DNA of 7,128 nt from Candidatus Wukongarchaeum yapensis (GTDB lineage: Archaea > Asgardarchaeota > Wukongarchaeia > Wukongarchaeales > Wukongarchaeaceae), in contig JAEOSI010000121.1 in NCBI GenBank assembly GCA_016840425.1, forward strand, positions 1 through 7,128, written 5' to 3'. This document shows, piece after piece, positions 5,677-7,128 of this stretch (positions within the stretch are counted from its first letter, which is position 1; each line of letters begins with the position of its first letter). A program made the position numbers and the translations under genes. A model generated the notes under the pieces. That model saw only the letters and a list, made by a program, of their open reading frames with translations. It made no database searches and was not told where the DNA came from.

Positions 5677-5775
5677 ATGTTGTATAGTAGAAATCAAACC
5701 TTTGTCATCTGTCTGGAGGAATTAGTTCGTTTAAAAGAACTTTTCTCTTGGGAAGCTGGAAGAGGGTGGAGATAG
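5677..5775 (+). CDS. Possible 32-aa small protein (MLYSRNQTFVICLEELVRLKELFSWEAGRGWR)
   Basis: ATG preceded by GGAGGAGGT (5667-5675), lies wholly in an intergenic gap, and is followed by a T-rich tract. No homology recognised. Confidence 0.2.
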   Translation: MLYSRNQTFVICLEELVRLKELFSWEAGRGWR

Positions 5776-5795
5776 TTTGGGTTTTTTGTGTTGTT

Positions 5796-7013
5796 TTAGA
5801 GGAGGGTTTTAAGAGAATCTTCTGTTTCTTTGAGGGTTTTACCTGTGGTTATTATGAATGCTTGGTAGGTTTTATCTTTTAGGGGAAAAAGGGGGGTTAT
5901 TATGCCTTTTCTAGGATCTGTTTGGATAAAGTGTTTATTTTCAAGTTTTGGATCGTGAAATAATACTTTCTTAAATATTGCGAAAGAATTGGTTGGGGGA
6001 ATTTTGGGGGTTTCTTGTTTTAGTACGGTGTCAAGGATGATCTGGGTTAGTTTTGGACCTAGGAGGGCGTAAAGTCCTAAAAATGAGGTTGTTATCCGGG
6101 GATTTACTTCAATTAAAAAGACGTCTTCACCTGTAAGAACAATATCAATGCCCACGTATCCGCGGATACCTCTGATTTTTGATAAAAGTTTTTGAGAAAT
6201 CTTGAAAGCTTCTTTTTTCTTTTCATGAATGAGAGGACAATGTCCTCCAGAATAAGATACAAGGAAAGGATCTTCAGAAATATCGATGTTTTGGTAGTTT
6301 AAACACAAGGGTATAGAGCTCAATCCATTGGATATGAGGGAGACGCTGGCGGGAACACCTTCGATCCATTTTTGAACGATAATTTCAGATCTAATTTTTT
6401 TGCTTGAATTAAAAGCTTTTTCCACAGCCTTCTTTATTATCTCGGTATTAAAATTTTTGATGAAAGATAAGCCTTCACAGCCGCAACCATCTACAGGCTT
6501 TACTACGAGGGGTGTGCCTAGTGCTTTAATGGGGTTTAGTACCTTGTCAAAATCATCGTTACGATTAACAACAACTGTGGGAGGGATTTTTATTCCCAGC
6601 TTTTCTGTTAAGCCGTTCACTTTGAGCTTGTTTGAAGCAAAATTGACAGCAAAGGGGGAGGGGGCAAGTAAGACAGCCTTATGCGCTACAATGGAGGAAT
6701 AATTTTCCAAGATACCGTCACTTTCAGGGGCGATGACTAAGCAGGCATCAAAATCACTTATAACACGATCTAAGAAATTTTGAAGTAGCCCTCCTTTGAG
6801 GAGTTCAACAGATTTTGTGTTAAACAAGGGGTAATAATCTTTGATTCTGTCATCAAGGGTGGTGGTCACAAAAACTCCTTCGCACTTGGAGAAACCATCA
6901 ACACAAGCTCTAAGCATAGCAAATCCTTCGCATAGAATATCAAAAGGAAGACTTTCTGTCTTCGCTACACCACCGCCAGAAAAATGCTCTAAAACTAACA
7001 AGTCTAAAACCAA
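5796..7013 (-). CDS. mfnD: ATP-grasp ligase of the MfnD (tyramine--L-glutamate ligase, COG1821) family, about 405 aa
   Basis: The family N-terminus LLVLEHFSGGG...EGFAML, then LVIAPESDGIL and ASNK. ATP-grasp motifs VVKPVDG, IVQKWIEG, YVGIDIV and FLIEVNPRITTS. Start moved from 7073 to TTG 7013 (or 7016), which follows AGGGGT. The ATP-grasp family call is firm and the exact substrate is inferred. Confidence 0.75.
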   Translation of the reverse strand: MVLDLLVLEHFSGGGVAKTESLPFDILCEGFAMLRACVDGFSKCEGVFVTTTLDDRIKDYYPLFNTKSVELLKGGLLQNFLDRVISDFDACLVIAPESDGILENYSSIVAHKAVLLAPSPFAVNFASNKLKVNGLTEKLGIKIPPTVVVNRNDDFDKVLNPIKALGTPLVVKPVDGCGCEGLSFIKNFNTEIIKKAVEKAFNSSKKIRSEIIVQKWIEGVPASVSLISNGLSSIPLCLNYQNIDISEDPFLVSYSGGHCPLIHEKKKEAFKISQKLLSKIRGIRGYVGIDIVLTGEDVFLIEVNPRITTSFLGLYALLGPKLTQIILDTVLKQETPKIPPTNSFAIFKKVLFHDPKLENKHFIQTDPRKGIITPLFPLKDKTYQAFIITTGKTLKETEDSLKTLL

Positions 7014-7128
7014 CAAAAAAACCCCTATTATAAAAAAGAAAGTGGGTGAATGAGCGCTTGTTACAACCTGCATAGGAACTTTAAGCTGACGAACAGTAAA
7101 ACTTAACGGGTCTTTATAATGATCGTTT

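Noticed and set aside
6400-6702. 100-aa plus-strand ORF
   Set aside because: Antisense shadow of the ATP-grasp gene.
6841-7053. 70-aa plus-strand ORF
   Set aside because: Antisense shadow of the ATP-grasp gene N-terminus.
7014-7073. Hydrophobic N-terminal segment (FFFIIGVFLLV) suggesting a membrane-anchored ligase
   Set aside because: It comes from translating the T-rich leader and SD upstream of the probable TTG start. Family homology begins at LDLLVLEH.
1-7128. CRISPR array, tRNA/rRNA, box C/D sRNA, IS element or selenocysteine read-through
   Set aside because: I saw no repeat-spacer pattern, cloverleaf, paired C/D boxes, transposase or terminal inverted repeats, and no in-frame TGA at a conserved Cys position.

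Overview
AT-rich archaeal DNA, most likely from an Asgard archaeon. This is inferred from three Roadblock/LC7 paralogues, a thioredoxin-V4R fusion, archaeal TATA/BRE promoters and an MfnD-like ligase, and it is not proven from this window. Gene order: (+) PD-(D/E)XK endonuclease-like protein with a C-terminal HTH and coiled coil; (-) thioredoxin(CVHC)-V4R-V4R protein; (-) Cys-bearing TrmB-like wHTH regulator; (+) a ketopantoate reductase (panE/apbA) relic, missed by the ORF track, that is frameshifted and has lost most of its middle; (-) three Roadblock genes in the order A'-B-(small ORF)-A; (-) MfnD-like ATP-grasp ligase. The main candidate system is a signalling or trafficking-type module: a redox-linked tandem V4R (TRAPPC3/Bet3-related fold) protein, its possible regulator, and a Roadblock triad with no GTPase in the window. 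No rRNA, tRNA, CRISPR array or mobile element was recognised. All family assignments come from motif recognition by eye, not from database searches.
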